DNA of 64,000 bases, taken from Bispira polyomma. Lineage: Eukaryota. Below, piece after piece: positions 38,511 through 52,040 of this stretch (position 1 is the stretch's first letter; the number at the start of each line of letters is the position of its first letter). The position numbers were made by a program, and so were the translations under genes. The notes below the pieces were generated by a model. It was given only the letters and a program-made list of their open reading frames with translations. It was not told the origin of the DNA and did not search any database. The stretch spans positions 83,390,001 to 83,454,000 of the forward strand of contig OZ287751.1 of NCBI GenBank assembly GCA_965649765.1, written 5' to 3'.

Positions 38511-41500
38511 TATTACAGTATTCTATTTATAAACCTATTTAAGTCCAATAGAGATTATATCTTGTTGAGCTTATATCAAAATAGTAATACCTGTCTAGTG
38601 CCAATCTCACAAACCCGGTTTTAAGTCGGGCATAGATAGCATCATAGACAAATAAATGAAAACATAACTGTAACGTATCTCAGTGATAGAAGTCGTTGTT
38701 TTGGATCATGCAAAATGCTTATATTTGTAAATGGGGAGTAAAATTGTTGCTCAAAACCTTTTTTATCAATACCCAAAAACAGTAGTAGCCTACAAATATT
38801 ACATATATTTCATATTCGGAGTACGTACATTAATGGACCATGACAAAATTCAAAACAAGATCAAATAAAGATATCTACCAAACTGTGGGATTTACCACTG
38901 TACTGGATATCTGCCTTTTTTTATATATATAAAAAATCAAAAGAGATACTTCACTGGTTTTCATATATGTATATATATACATTATACTGATTGAACAACT
39001 CCAGGGGCAAAGATATTAGCAAAATAGGGAAAATAACTACAATCTGCCTCCATTATAATAGGCCGTGAAATTAGATAAACCTCTGATTATGAAGAAGGAA
39101 GTTTTCTCCCAGTTCTGATTGTACAGTATCGAAGGACTGGTAAATGTCATGGTGAAGGCGAGTAGATTGAAAACAGTCACTTGTCATCCAAACACATTGG
39201 GAATAGATCATAGAAAAACCTGTAGAGTCTTTTAAAATATCACCTTGTTTGTGTTTTGACTCTATATATAACAGTGTATAGAATTATTTCAAACGTAATA
39301 AGATTAGAGGTATTTTCTGTCAAACTATTTCTCAATTCAGTGTTGAGAATCTTGCTTCATTGCTTCTGCGTACGGGTTTTTTTATTTAGGAGGGCCAATT
39401 TTTAACAGAGTACTGTAATGGCCATTGATGATACTCCCAGATTTTCTCAAGATACCACAGATGCCTCTCTATAATTCTAAATTTAAACCTTTTCCCCCCA
39501 GATTTTCCAATAATTTTTATTGAACCTATAAACAATTTGAATTCACTAATTTTAGTTAAATAGTTCACCATATGATCTGTTGCTAAAAAAATATGACATT
39601 TTGACATTGTATAGCATCTGCAATAAAACTTGATAGATACATAATGCTGAGGAAAACTTCTTACTTGCGAGAACTCAGAAATTATACTGGCTCCAGATAA
39701 TCGTGTGGGTGTTTGATGAAACAATCAATGGGTCAGTTAATTTGTTCACATTACACAAAGGATTGAACGACAATCTCTAAGCTTTTAAAAAGGTTTATGT
39801 GGGTATGTGATAGCTCAATGTTTGCTAACTGCATTTCTTTATAAATATTACACATAAGAATTCTACACAGTATATATTTGTGGTACATGTCTGAAACTTT
39901 TTTTTTTTGCTTCAACAAAAGAAGGTTATGTCTTGGTTCGTTAGTTTGTTAAAAAACTACTCAACCCATTTACATGAAATTTCATAAATGTACGGGACAT
40001 ATTATAGAGAAGATCTTGATAGAAGGGCAGACTTTTTTCACATTTTGTTGGGACCTTGGCGGAGATATGCACTCTACAGAGTGCTCTTCTAGTTTTACTA
40101 ATAGTTCACTAAGGGTCAAAGGCCGTCAGAGACATCAATGCACTAAAGGATTCAGGTTACCTTTTTTTCATCTGATTCATGTCTATCTTTTTCTATATTT
40201 GTGTAATATATTACTCCATCTTCCTTTAGAGGAATCGGTGGTATCAAAAAGCCATTGAAATTGTACGTGAGACGATAAGACAATACAAATATGTATATAA
40301 TACACACCCCCAAGTGATATTTGATAGTTACAAATATAGATTCTGAAATGTAAAACAAAGCCTGTCGTGGAACTAGTCATTGAATCCTACTAAAAGTTTC
40401 ACATACCAAAGTGGGAACTCAGGTGACGTCATGACATTCAGTTTTTAGTTTTAAATTACCCTGTTCTGGACAATTGTCTGTCATAAGGAAATTGTACAAT
40501 ATTTTAAATTTATATAAATAAATCATTATTGCAGTTACATATGCAACATTTTATGTGCTTATGTAAATATTAATATAAAAGATGGTACTCAAATTAAAAA
40601 AAAAATTTACTCTCTCTCTTTCATACTTCAATATTTATGTTTTCTATTACAGCAACTTTATCTAATCTGAGCATACAATTTGAAACTTAGCAAACTGAAA
40701 CTTAAGAAACTTTGTTCTTACACACAATATAGTTCACATTATTGGAAAAAAAATCCCAATAACTACTTACCACCAAGCTGGTCCATAAGGAACTCTTGAG
40801 TTAATGGGTCCTTAGAGTTAATATAGCAAATACCCTTATATATTACTGCTAGGTCAGTTAGTTATGGCTTTCAGCCAAATCCGTTTTGCCCAGTGGTGAG
40901 TACAGGAGGGAAAATTAGGGAGGTCTAATCAAAAAGAACGTCCAGGATTAATCTTATATGGCAGGGGTAAGTTGAGTGGCCAATACGATTACATAGATAA
41001 CCCTGTTAACACTTTATGGATATTAAGTAAAGAGAGGGGAAAAGTGTATAATCTTAAGTTTTATCAAGTTATTTAAAACAATCTAGAACCCAGCTAATAT
41101 ATTACAGAAATATTTGGTGAGTAAAACACTGGACCCTGTCTCCTAGTTGTAGGCTCCAGAACCTTAGGGATGTTGGCAAAAATGGCGATCTTAAAGCCTC
41201 TGTATTCAGTTGGGGGGAATGACAATAACTGGTGCTGGTTGTTTAAATAGTAAACAGTAAAGAGAAGATATATTCAGATCAAAATGTTATTGGTTGGCTT
41301 GAGTTCACTGGCTGCTTGAAAATTTCAATGTAAGAATGGGGGTTAACCTAAAGTTTTCTCTTTGACTTGGGCAATTCACACACCTTTAGCTTACCCACAC
41401 ACATAAACTCTCATGTTTTTTTTAAGCCACTGATTAACACATCCTTACTTTTAAGTACTACAAATGGCCTTACTTTAAAAAAAACATAGGTGCTTAATAG

Positions 41501-42559
41501 AATGAGAAATCAAATAATAAAGTTAACCTCAAAGTTTGCTATGACTGGGATAAATCACCCTCCCTTTAACTTACTCCCCCCTCCCCCCACTATTTGGTAG
41601 CCTCAGGTTAACCCATCCCTACTTGAGTAATACAAATTACTGGTGTTGTGGAGACTTCCTCACTCAGTAATTAATGACACCCAATAAATTATTACATCAG
41701 ACAGATTGTATCACAGGCCAGATCCCCTAGAAGCTTTTGTTGTTCTGAAGCAGGGGTGCAACAGGCTCGCATTTACCCCCTGACATATATGGCATACTAC
41801 ATTGTGCAGTGAAATTTAAAAAATAGGATAGGACATAACGTTCTTATCTGATCCCTATATAAGATATAAAATATTTTTGAAAATGATGAACTTGTAGAAT
41901 CTGATATAATCAGTGACCAAGCCGCTTGATTTCTATGCCTTTTGAATTCTAAGGTATGATAAACTCATGTAAGTAAAGTAAACCCAAGATACATTAACAG
42001 TAGCTTAAAACACTGGCAAAGCGGTAAACTGATTGTAAGATTATACAGTAAAATTGAAGTCAATACCAAAAATATACTGACCTTCTAACATTTGACATCA
42101 AACTCAAGGTCAAATCTCTTCAGGCTAAACTTAACATATAAAATAAAACTTACAATAAGCAGTTCCACTTCCATTCTGGTTTTTCATCTCACTTCTCACT
42201 TTGACCTTATGACTTTTGACCTCACACTCAAGGTCACCAAATCATGCTAACTGTCTTTTAGGTCTGCTATTAATGATTTTGTTGTGGAAATAGATTGCAT
42301 ATTGTGGCAAATTTTGGTGCATCAAGAATATATGGATGACAAGTAGAATTAGGTTATTAGGATTGCCATGTATTTTGCAATTTCTATTTTAAAATTTTTG
42401 ATCTGATGGAACTTATAAACAAGCACTGTAGATTTAACTGAATAATTACCTATTCGTGAAATGCCAAAGTCTGGCCTCAGAATAGTTTATGTGAGTGAGA
42501 ATGTTAAAATGCATGTAAACTTCACCACCCAAACCGTTTGGTATAATATGAGCATCTTA

Positions 42560-42800
42560 TACAATAATATGAACCCCCCACATCTTGTCTTTGGTGTCGT
42601 TTAGCAGGCTTAGTAGGGGAAACAGAATCTCAGTCTCTGATACCAAAACCAATAAACGGATTAGATCCTATGCCTTCTCTGTTATTACACCAACCCTATG
42701 GAACAATTTACTAGCCAATCTAAGATCCCAGAAACAGTCTCTGGTTTTAGAAGCAACCTTAAAATCCATCTCTTCATCCTCGCTTGACCTCCATAGACAT
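42560..42800 (+). mobile_element. Old L2 LINE 3' remnant
   Basis: AFSVITPTLWNNLLANLR...FRSNLKIHLF. Confidence 0.6.
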
Positions 42801-44410
42801 TTTCACTCTCCACCTCACCTCCCCAATCACAAATTTTAGCAAATTTGTGCAGCATTAATGAGGCTCATTAAAAATCTATCTCATCATTAAAAATCTATTT
42901 CGTCATATCATATCAATTATATAATAAATTGATCAGTAGTCAAGACGCCGACAAACTGGAGCAATGACCAAAAATAACAGGGAATCGCTCAGCATAGAAA
43001 TAATGCTTTGCTTCTCTAAGATCCACGCATTATGAATTTAAGACTCATTCCCACAGAGAAATTCTTTCTTGCCAAAAAATGCCTCTCAGGAATCAAAGTG
43101 TCTACAACCTTCTGTACACATACATACCAATCCACATGAAGGAGGGGTCACATTATAACATGATTTATCTTTAATAAAGCCTTTACCTTTTACTATTTTT
43201 ATTATTTACTGACATATTTAACTAATTTCTTTAGGAGAACATTTATTTTGAACAGCTTACATTGGAACTATATTGTTTACTGCCACCAATCTAAGCAGTG
43301 TGTCTTAGGAATTGTTTTGCCTTCAAATCTAGACCGACGTGAGATTGCTAAAGACTTGCTCATAAAATTAACTTACTTCACAAAAATGACCCACAGGTTT
43401 CTCAAAATACATCAAATATTTACAAACTGTGTCAAACATAGAAAGACAGATTAAAAGAAGATTTAAAAAGATGCTGCAGTATTGTACTATTCGACATTTA
43501 GAAAAATGGGATATAGATTATTAAAGTGACTTCCACAGTAATAGGTACTAAACAGAGAATGATGCTTTCATCTAAGAAGATGTTGCAACATTGTCCTGAT
43601 ATGATGTTGAGCAAAAACAGTGATATAGATTATTAAAGTGGCTTCCACAGAAGGGGATAGTGTTATCTAACACACCAGACACAGAGAGGAAAGAAAAGTG
43701 TCACATCAATCATAATCAGTACAAGTTCAATGAATCATCCCCCTTTACAATACCTATGACATGTGAACTCCATTCACAAGGGACAATCCATTTCTAAAGT
43801 GATGCAGATAATAACCAAAAATCTGGTCTGTCTTCTGAAGTGTGAGTGTCTTCTGTAGTTCTAAAAACCAGATCAGTCATTTAAATCCAAGTTTTATGAC
43901 ACATCACTCTGCTCTATGTTACTAATATAGAAATTAAAGAAGAAGAGAAATGAAATTCCCCTTTTATCGCCCATTACCTCATTGTGGTTTGATAAATGTT
44001 ATATGTCAATGTTGTCCTGCTCAGTGTATTCTTAAGTATTGTTATTACCGCATCAGAACTGGTCTTAAAAAAATGGCCTTTAAGAGTAAAATTCTGTATC
44101 CAAAGCTTTTGTATCCATTTGTCAGCTTTTCACATAGCTTTCAGCAACTAAATTTTATATCACAAGAGGCAGTTTATTGGTGGAGGCAAGTGGTAGTAAT
44201 AATTATTAATAGGACATTTATATTAGGCAGAATCCACTTGATAGTATCTTATCAACTAGATTGGTCTCTGCGTACATATGTGTTAACCGTTTTCTGTAAT
44301 ATATACAACAAAAAGGTTATGTTTTCACTTGTGTCTGTTGTTATAAGGATTACAAAACAACTAATGTTCAGATAGATATAACATTTGATGGAGGCATGGG
44401 ACATGAGCGA

Positions 44411-44600
44411 ATCTAATCTAATCTAATCTAACTTTTATAGCACTTAATCTCTCCTTCTTAGGAGATTCTAAGGCGCAGGACAGTATCCTCATTCAATTTG
44501 CATTTCCGTTAGACAAGCAAGGGTCAGCACCATGGAGACGCCGGGTGAATTTAGGGCTGTAGTGGAAAAGCCTTGTTGAATAAGTAGGTTTGCAAAGGCA
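44411..44600 (-). mobile_element. L2 LINE extreme 3' end with (TTAGA)n tail
   Basis: Same terminal stem-loop arms and tail as the LINE at 36848. Confidence 0.65.
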
Positions 44601-45779
44601 GAATCTATTACATTTTGGAGTCCTTTTGGGTATAAGGTATGATTAAGTTTTCTCCTAAGCCCAGAGAGTCTATAAGTGATCAGTTGGGAGACTATTTTAT
44701 AACGTAGGTGAGGTTAACAGAGAAAACAAAAATTCTCTTCTTTTCTCTCTTGAGGTTACTGAATGAAAAACGAATAGCAATGTTAAAAGATGACAGCTTT
44801 GAAAGTTGTATGCTATTTTCTAACACAGAATGACTATTTATATCCAACATAAGCGAGAGTCTAAGCTTTTTTTCTATGAAGAAAGTCTTTGTAGAAAGGA
44901 GTTTTAGCTGTTGATCTGGCATCAAACTCAAACTCTAAATATGCATGTACAAAAAAGTGTAAATACCTCGATAAGAGCTTGATATCAAGGACATTTGATT
45001 ACAGTTACAACCATTAACATCTGATATTACACTATAGATGAGGTGTAAATGTCCTATATAGTCTGCTACATGATACCCTGTAATTAGTAGAAGTCCTTTT
45101 ATTAAAGCTCCTTGCAAACCAGGTCCGGTGAAACACAATCCGAAGAAACACAACATGATGCAATAGATCATGTTCTATAATTAGACGTCAGTTTTATAAT
45201 ACGATGGATGTTCTGTAATTAGACCTATGTTCTATAATGCAACGCATGTGATTGGGTATATGTAATAACATATTTGTCACAGTTTTGTTTCGTCAGATTA
45301 GGTTTAGCTTTAGATCAATCTGGACCATATCTAGTTTGCAATGCTCTTAAGATGAACAAAATATTGCTTTAGTGATTCAAAAAATTTTGCAAAGTAGTCC
45401 CATTCCCTAAAGTTGTTTTGCTAGGTTAGATGCCATTCAAATATATGTCTCTAGAGTGATATAATTCTAATCTCGAAGACGTATTTGCTTCCTAACATTT
45501 GCTATCAGCTAACAACCCACATAATACCTACAAGGAATAGTTCTACATGGAACAGTCCAGCATCTCTTGCCGAATCCCTAGTGTCTGTGTCCTAATTTAC
45601 ACAATGACACAATTCTCAACAAAGGAGGCATTAGGTGATGGTTATCTAAGGATTTCCTATACACAAAGTGTTTACCATTGAAGTAATACACCATATTTCT
45701 TTTCTTTTTTGAGTAACAATTGGTTATTTCCAAACGTCAAAGCCGTATCTGTAAGGGATTGTTTTTCTTCTTCGATAAA

Positions 45780-45897
45780 TCCACTTTCCATTAAAAGACG
45801 TTACGAGACACAAAAATATGCCAATGCTAAATGCGTCTTAGAATCCACTATCATGGAGATTAAGCGCTATAAAAGTTTAATTCGATTAGAATAGATT
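45780..45897 (+). mobile_element. L2-type 3' end
   Basis: GCGTCTTAGAAT-stem-GATTAAGCGCTATAAAAGT plus a degenerate TTAGA tail. Confidence 0.55.
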
Positions 45898-47150
45898 GTT
45901 TTGCCTGTAAACGATATTGATATAAGGATGCCAGGCAAACTTGTCTGTGCCTGGCTAATAAAAACATCCTCTGTTTCCAGAATTCTAAGTTACAATGGAC
46001 TAAGAACCTAAGAACACAGTCATAGATGGTAGATTTGTTTTAGAATGTTTTACATGTGTATCTCAATAATAACATCTGACATGTTTTCTATCAAGTGGGT
46101 GCTGTCTTGACAAATCACTTCCTTTAAGTTTGCCATCTGGGGCTATTGTTTTCAGTGTATTGTTTTGTGTGTGTACGTGTTGTTGTACGGCTGTTGTCTC
46201 CACCACACACAATAGGAGGAACAGCCATTCATCAAACACATACATATGGTGCAATTAAATAAGTGGAAGTACCAGACAACTTCAATAACAACAAAAAACA
46301 CAGCTTTACCACAGAAGTCATAAATCGAGTCTAAATCTATAGTGTATTTGCAGGTCTGATATTTATACATTAATGAGGCTCTTTTTGAAACATCTGGGCT
46401 GGTATTTATAGCAATAAACTCGCGCTTACACTCAACTAAAACTCAAATATAGGCCGTGTGTAAAAGTATTTGTACTGGGAAATAACTTGTACTTGTGACC
46501 ATTCATTTTAACAAAGCTTTCAACGCTGAATTCAAATATGACGTCAGATAGTAAATATGTTTACTGTGTCCAAAGTTATATTAAAACATTTGAGTCGAAT
46601 GGGGGTGTGGTTTAAAGATAAGTTCAAGAATACGAACCCAGGTAAGGCATAGTTGAGGGGAAAGGGACGGGCACCATGGCACTACTTGTCTTATATGCCG
46701 TGAAGAGGGTAATCTGTGTGTCATTCAAACATACTACATAATATATTAACACACACACAACTATAAGTGAAATTAGTAGTAACTAGTAGTTCATATTGGT
46801 GTTTGTAACATGAATGTGTTATCATTTGAGTTATATTGTAAAACAGTAAGATCTAAGCAGTCATGAAGCTTGTTTGTACATAAAAAGTGTGAAAGGGTTA
46901 AAATACATGTCCAAGAGGTCTGTTGATGTAAAGCTTCAGTAAAGTTCAGTGTATAGCTAAAGTGTACATTTGTCGTTTGAGTCAGTAGTGTTTGTTGCTC
47001 AGAAGGAAATAGTTCCTCTATAGACATAATATTGCAGGAAATACAGTAGGATTTAGGTAACTATTTTAATTTGTCATATTAGAATGGAAACTATCCACAA
47101 ACCTGTTGTTGCCTTCATGTTACTACACCTTCATTTGGTGGTAAAATTTC

Positions 47151-47151
<1 letters not shown>

Positions 47152-47235
<84 letters not shown>
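47152..47235. repeat. (TA)n microsatellite, ~42 units
   Basis: Direct inspection. Confidence 0.98.
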
Positions 47236-47236
<1 letters not shown>

Positions 47237-47390
47237 TTGGTTTGTCATAAGGAACTCGAAATATATAAACTATAAGACAGGTTATATCTTATACAAACAA
47301 ACGTTTAACAAACCATCAAACCACCCATACATTCAACCAAACACACCCATACATCCAACCATACACACACAGCCATTCATGTGTACTCAC

Positions 47391-47636
47391 ACTCTGTAGA
47401 TTTCTCTCTGTCCTTACAGCATGTAGTACCATAGCATTGCCTACTGCTGTCAGTAGACACAGGAAGCCTAATACTGTCCCCAGAACCACATCTCTAGCCC
47501 AGCCCAGGGCCAGCCCACTTCCTGTATCTGTGGAGGCCACCGGGCCATCCTCACCCAAGCCCCGGCCCCAGAGTAGTGTCAAGTTGTCAGCCTCAGTGAA
47601 GTTCCGAATGGTGGTGTAGTTGGTGGTAGTATGCAT
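47391..47636 (-). CDS. First coding exon of a class A (rhodopsin-like) aminergic-type GPCR, histamine H1/muscarinic-like; N-terminus + TM1 + ICL1
   Basis: 82 codons from the ATG at 47636. Three N-glycosylation sequons (NYT, NFT, NLT), a hydrophobic TM1 with the GN motif (VLGTVLGFLCLLTAVGNAMVLHAV), and ICL1 RTERNLQS. Followed by a consensus phase-0 donor GTGAGT at 47390. Confidence 0.85.
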
Positions 47637-48749
47637 TATCACTACAATGGTGTCATATCTGTCCTTATATGGTCATGTGCTTGAATGGTAACAAACAATT
47701 GTAGCATCTAAAAAGGTGACACTGTTAAAGTGTTCAATTGAACTAACTATTTCTAATACCAAGTAGAATAGAGTTCTACAAAAAATGTTCACCACAAAGT
47801 TTTCCTTTTAAATGACACAGTGTTTGGGTTCAACATTTGCATAATGTAAACAATTCATATATTTTAAACAAAGGTTTTATTTTTTTTCAGCCGCCGAGAA
47901 AAAAATATGTTCCTTTTTAAATACAACAATCCATATTGACCACAGTGCTTTTTAATCTCTGACAAAACATTGGGTTTCATTTTAACTATAACATCAAACT
48001 AAATACCATTCATAAATCCATGTAGCATGTGTTGTGTGATTCAATATCCCATATCTATAATAATCACATACATGTATCTACACTAATTTGTTTCATATAC
48101 TACATAGCAGAAATGTGTTCATCCATACACACACTCCCTCTTGCTTTATTAGGTTTAACTGTACCAATGCTGTGTATAGGAGACACCTTTTTAAAGATTA
48201 TTAACAGAGAATGACTCCACACCCGAGGAAAGTGCTAAGTGCCCATTCATTTACTACAAAATCCTTCTGGTGCACTTCACTAGAAAGTCTCAATCCCTTT
48301 TGCGGTTGGCTCAACACCTATTTAGGGGGACCGGATCAACCCATTAATTACTGGCTATTTATTTAGCACGCAAATTACAGCCCAAAAAATAACAATAATC
48401 GTTGGGCATCAAGAACACATTGTTCAAACGTTAGGTATTCATTTTATTCTATACACTAACAAACAAGCCTTTTTAGATTTTGAAATTAAAAAAATTATCC
48501 ACTGTTAAAATATAATAGTCCTAAACAACAACAAAAAATAATTAAATAATAAGTATAAACTTCCTTTAATTAACTTTAATTCTGTGTCACTGGTGCAAAC
48601 CCAATATAACCAATAAAAACAGAAAAAATCACAGAAAGTTTCACAGATTCAACCATAGTCTGTAACTACCGTGTAAAAGTCATCACATTGATTCGATTTC
48701 TGTGAGTGACTGGTAGTGTTTGGATGGTATTTGCCCCTTTATACAGCAC

Positions 48750-48792
48750 CACACATACATCCACACAGACACACACACACACACACACACAC
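48750..48792. repeat. (CA)n microsatellite upstream of the GPCR exon
   Basis: Direct inspection. Confidence 0.9.
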
Positions 48793-51188
48793 CTCCAGAT
48801 ATATCGATACGACTGTTTATGCTGCACTAATATAAGAAAGCAATCATTGGTTACTTTTTTGTGGAAGCAAGAATAAGAAAAGAAAAACATTTAATGTTAC
48901 ACTTTTCAACAGCTGCAGGTTTTTACACAGCAGTTGTGCTGTAATTTTTAAAACTTAACTAAACACATAGCTAAATGTGTGCAATTGATATCCGAGAAAA
49001 AAAAAATAGTTCTAACAAACCAGGTTATTAATTTTAGTCGTTTGTGTCAACTTCTTAACAAAAGGGTTTTTTGGGGGCGAATATAATAGGAAACTAAAGA
49101 GGACAAATTTATCTTAAACGTTGTTTTTTTTTGTATCATACATTCAACAGAGATGCCCCAAGTGTTAATATTTGTGATTCACACGTTAGAGTCAATCATG
49201 TTGAGGTGGTATAGGAAGTGCATGTATGCCAGCCTTTCAGGTAGTGGACCTGATATAACCCTTTTAAACCCAAAACTGAACTAAAGGAAACTTATCGGTA
49301 ATAGGTCACAGCTAGCTGAAATCAGTAACACACACACACCACAGACCACTTCCGTCAATCAATAATGGCCTGAGGTATAGTTTCAATGGGTAATCTTGGT
49401 CACACATGGATCAACCGACACAGACGAAAACATAAGCTCCATTATTGAGGTGACAAATATACAAGGAACTCAGAAAATGTCCATAACTTTAATATACTTG
49501 ATTCGCTTTAATTGTACCATGCTTTGACAACAAAAATAAATCTAATAATAGACACCTCGCTCAATAGCCAATATAATAATGAAATACATATATTCTGTTC
49601 AAGTTTACTTTTATGCTATGGAGACCTCTTAATTAATCAATATAACGATAAAATACATGCGTTATATGCAAATTGACTTTCATCCCAAAATACTTCTGAA
49701 TTGTTGCATTTATTTGTTTTAAATCACAACAGATTAAAGATCTTGGTTTTTTTCTTTTTAACAAAGGTTCTCTCACTTTCATCAATATTTGATTGAAGTG
49801 AATTTTTACCTTTCCATTTTGCTTTGGTTCCAGATTTCTTCATTTGATAATATAGAGACCGGAAGTGCGCATCGAACGCAAAAGCCATCAGTTAGCAATC
49901 TATAGCCATACTTTACTTTAGAGAATTAATATTGTTTTAATATTTACAGTTTATTTACTACTTTGGCTATCTTCATTATTTCTTTGTTAAAAAAATCACA
50001 TCTCATTATTTAACAATCGTTTATTTATTACTGTTTGTAAACAATATATATTGATGACAAAGGAAATAAAATTTTTCTGTATGTGGGCGATAATGAAGTA
50101 ATCTTGCTTTTGGGTCTGTCCAGAAGATAGAATAGGCAAAACATTTCAAAGGAAGTGATGCAGATGGAAAGTAAGTCCACAGTAAATTTGAAAATTTATT
50201 TTATAATTGCTTTGATATATATACATATATATAAAGTTTAAAATATAAAATTTAAAATTTTTTTGATGTTATTATTTGTTCCAAAAACATAATTTGTGAT
50301 GTCATCAAAGTGTGTCAAAGTATTTTCCCTCGGTATAGCAGAATTACTCTCCATCGGTGTGGCGACTGGTTAAAATACACCAGTTTCATTCTTTATAATA
50401 AAAATAAAGTCCTCATGCTTGCAATTTATTAGCGATTTAATGCCCTCATCCATTATTCTGCCATAAGGTTATCCTTAAGTTACACTCTGGGACTTGATTT
50501 CTACAATAAAAGTCCCCACAAGACACAAGGCAGAAAATTGGTCCTTCTCACAAGTACATGCTGATTAGGCTGCAATAATAACCAACAGCCCTTGTACATG
50601 TAAAGTTGACAGTGAGAGAGGGTATGTGTGTGTGTGTCTGGTAGCCACCCATTTACCCATTCATTGATTCAATCACTGATAGAGGTTAAATGAAGCCAGC
50701 CAAGTCAGGAATACAGTAAATTAGAACTGTTATGCCCCTTTTTTGCAAAAATTTAGACCAGTTATGGTTATACAATACATTTTTCATAAATAATAAAGAC
50801 AATACTAGCAAGAAGCATAGCATCACACTAGGACACATTCAGAATAAATGGATAATTCTCTGTTCAAAGGATACAAATCCACCAAAAGAAGCCATCTTCC
50901 TTGTATTTCCTGGGAGTAGAACATTCTAAAGATAGTCCTGCATGTGATTTCCAGTTGTTTTGGATTCTTGTTGATTGTAATGATTGTAATCCAGCTTAGG
51001 GTGTAGGGGTGAGGCAAGATATCAGCCAGGATACATCCCCCAAAGGAAGGTCATATAAAGGAGTAAATTGCTGTATTGTATGAGTTAATCTCTCTATTCT
51101 GGTGTGGAGTATTTAACCACAGCTCCGACACATAGCATATGACTTGGCTATATTCAAAGTAGAAAATAACCAACTTAGAGTATTATTA

Positions 51189-51518
51189 GCGGTCTCTGTG
51201 GCCTAGCGGTTGGAGTGTTTGAGTGATCTGAGAACCCTGGTTCGATCCTCGCTGCTGGCCTGGAGATTGTAGCTTTGGACAAGTTGCTTACACAACGTTG
51301 TCCCTATCTACCCAGGTGTATAATTGGGTACCTGGCCGCTAATGGGTGTTAGTCTTTTTGCACGTATGTGGCAGCACTGCATAGTATGCTACCTGATGGA
51401 GCTGAGACCGAACAATTGGTTGACTAGTGTAGGAACCAAGGCTGGGGTAATAATGTCAAAGCGCATTTGATTACAGTGATGTTCGAAATGCGCAATATCC
51501 AACGAATATTAATTAATA
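51189..51518 (+). mobile_element. tRNA-derived CORE-type SINE with L2-like tail
   Basis: Pol III A box (TGGCCTAGCGG) and B box (GGTTCGATCC). CORE-like TTGGACAAGTTGCTTA...CCCAGGTGTATAATTGGGTACC. Tail AAAGCGCATTTGA...AATGCGCAATAT. Confidence 0.8.
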
Positions 51519-51796
51519 ACTATAAAAACAATCAAATCATTAAAATAGAGAAAAATCTGTTGTTAATATTCTGTAAGAATTTTGTAAAAATAATAGACAT
51601 AATAAAAAGCCATGAAATTTTAATCTCTTGTAAGGATTGGTATAACAATATAATAATAATAACTTTTGTACTGCATATGACTAGGAAAACAGTTGCAGCA
51701 TAGGAACAATTCCTTCGAATGTCGTAGTTGATTTCCAGTTAAAAGCTGTATTACCTTGTACTTTTAGGTGTCAAATATATATATGTCACAGGCCAA

Positions 51797-52040
51797 ATTA
51801 AAATCCAGGCGGATTTTAAATCCACCTAGGCGAGATTAAAATTCTAATCTCGCCTAGGCGAAATCAAAATTTTAATCTCGCCTAGGCGGACTTAAAATTT
51901 CCAAGTTTGTCTTGTAGAATTCCAATTTTGTCTTGTAAAATTTTAATCTCACCTAGGCGGATTTAAAATCTGCCCAGAACAAATTAAAATTTTGATTTCG
52001 CCTAGACGGATTTAAAATCCGCCTAGGCGAGATTAAAATA
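51797..52040. repeat. Palindromic mini-array (CGCCTAGGCG cores with palindromic AT spacers); probable DNA transposon interior
   Basis: CCTAGG-type cores at 51825, 51853, 51881, 51952, 52001 (variant CCTAGA) and 52022. Confidence 0.85.

Noticed and set aside
47084-47275. ORF with IY repeats
   Set aside because: Translation of the (TA)n microsatellite.
51189-51262. tRNA gene
   Set aside because: A/B boxes are present but there is no cloverleaf, and the sequence continues into a SINE body and tail.
51797-52040. CRISPR array
   Set aside because: Spacers are not unique, cores are only 10 bp, no cas genes, eukaryotic context.
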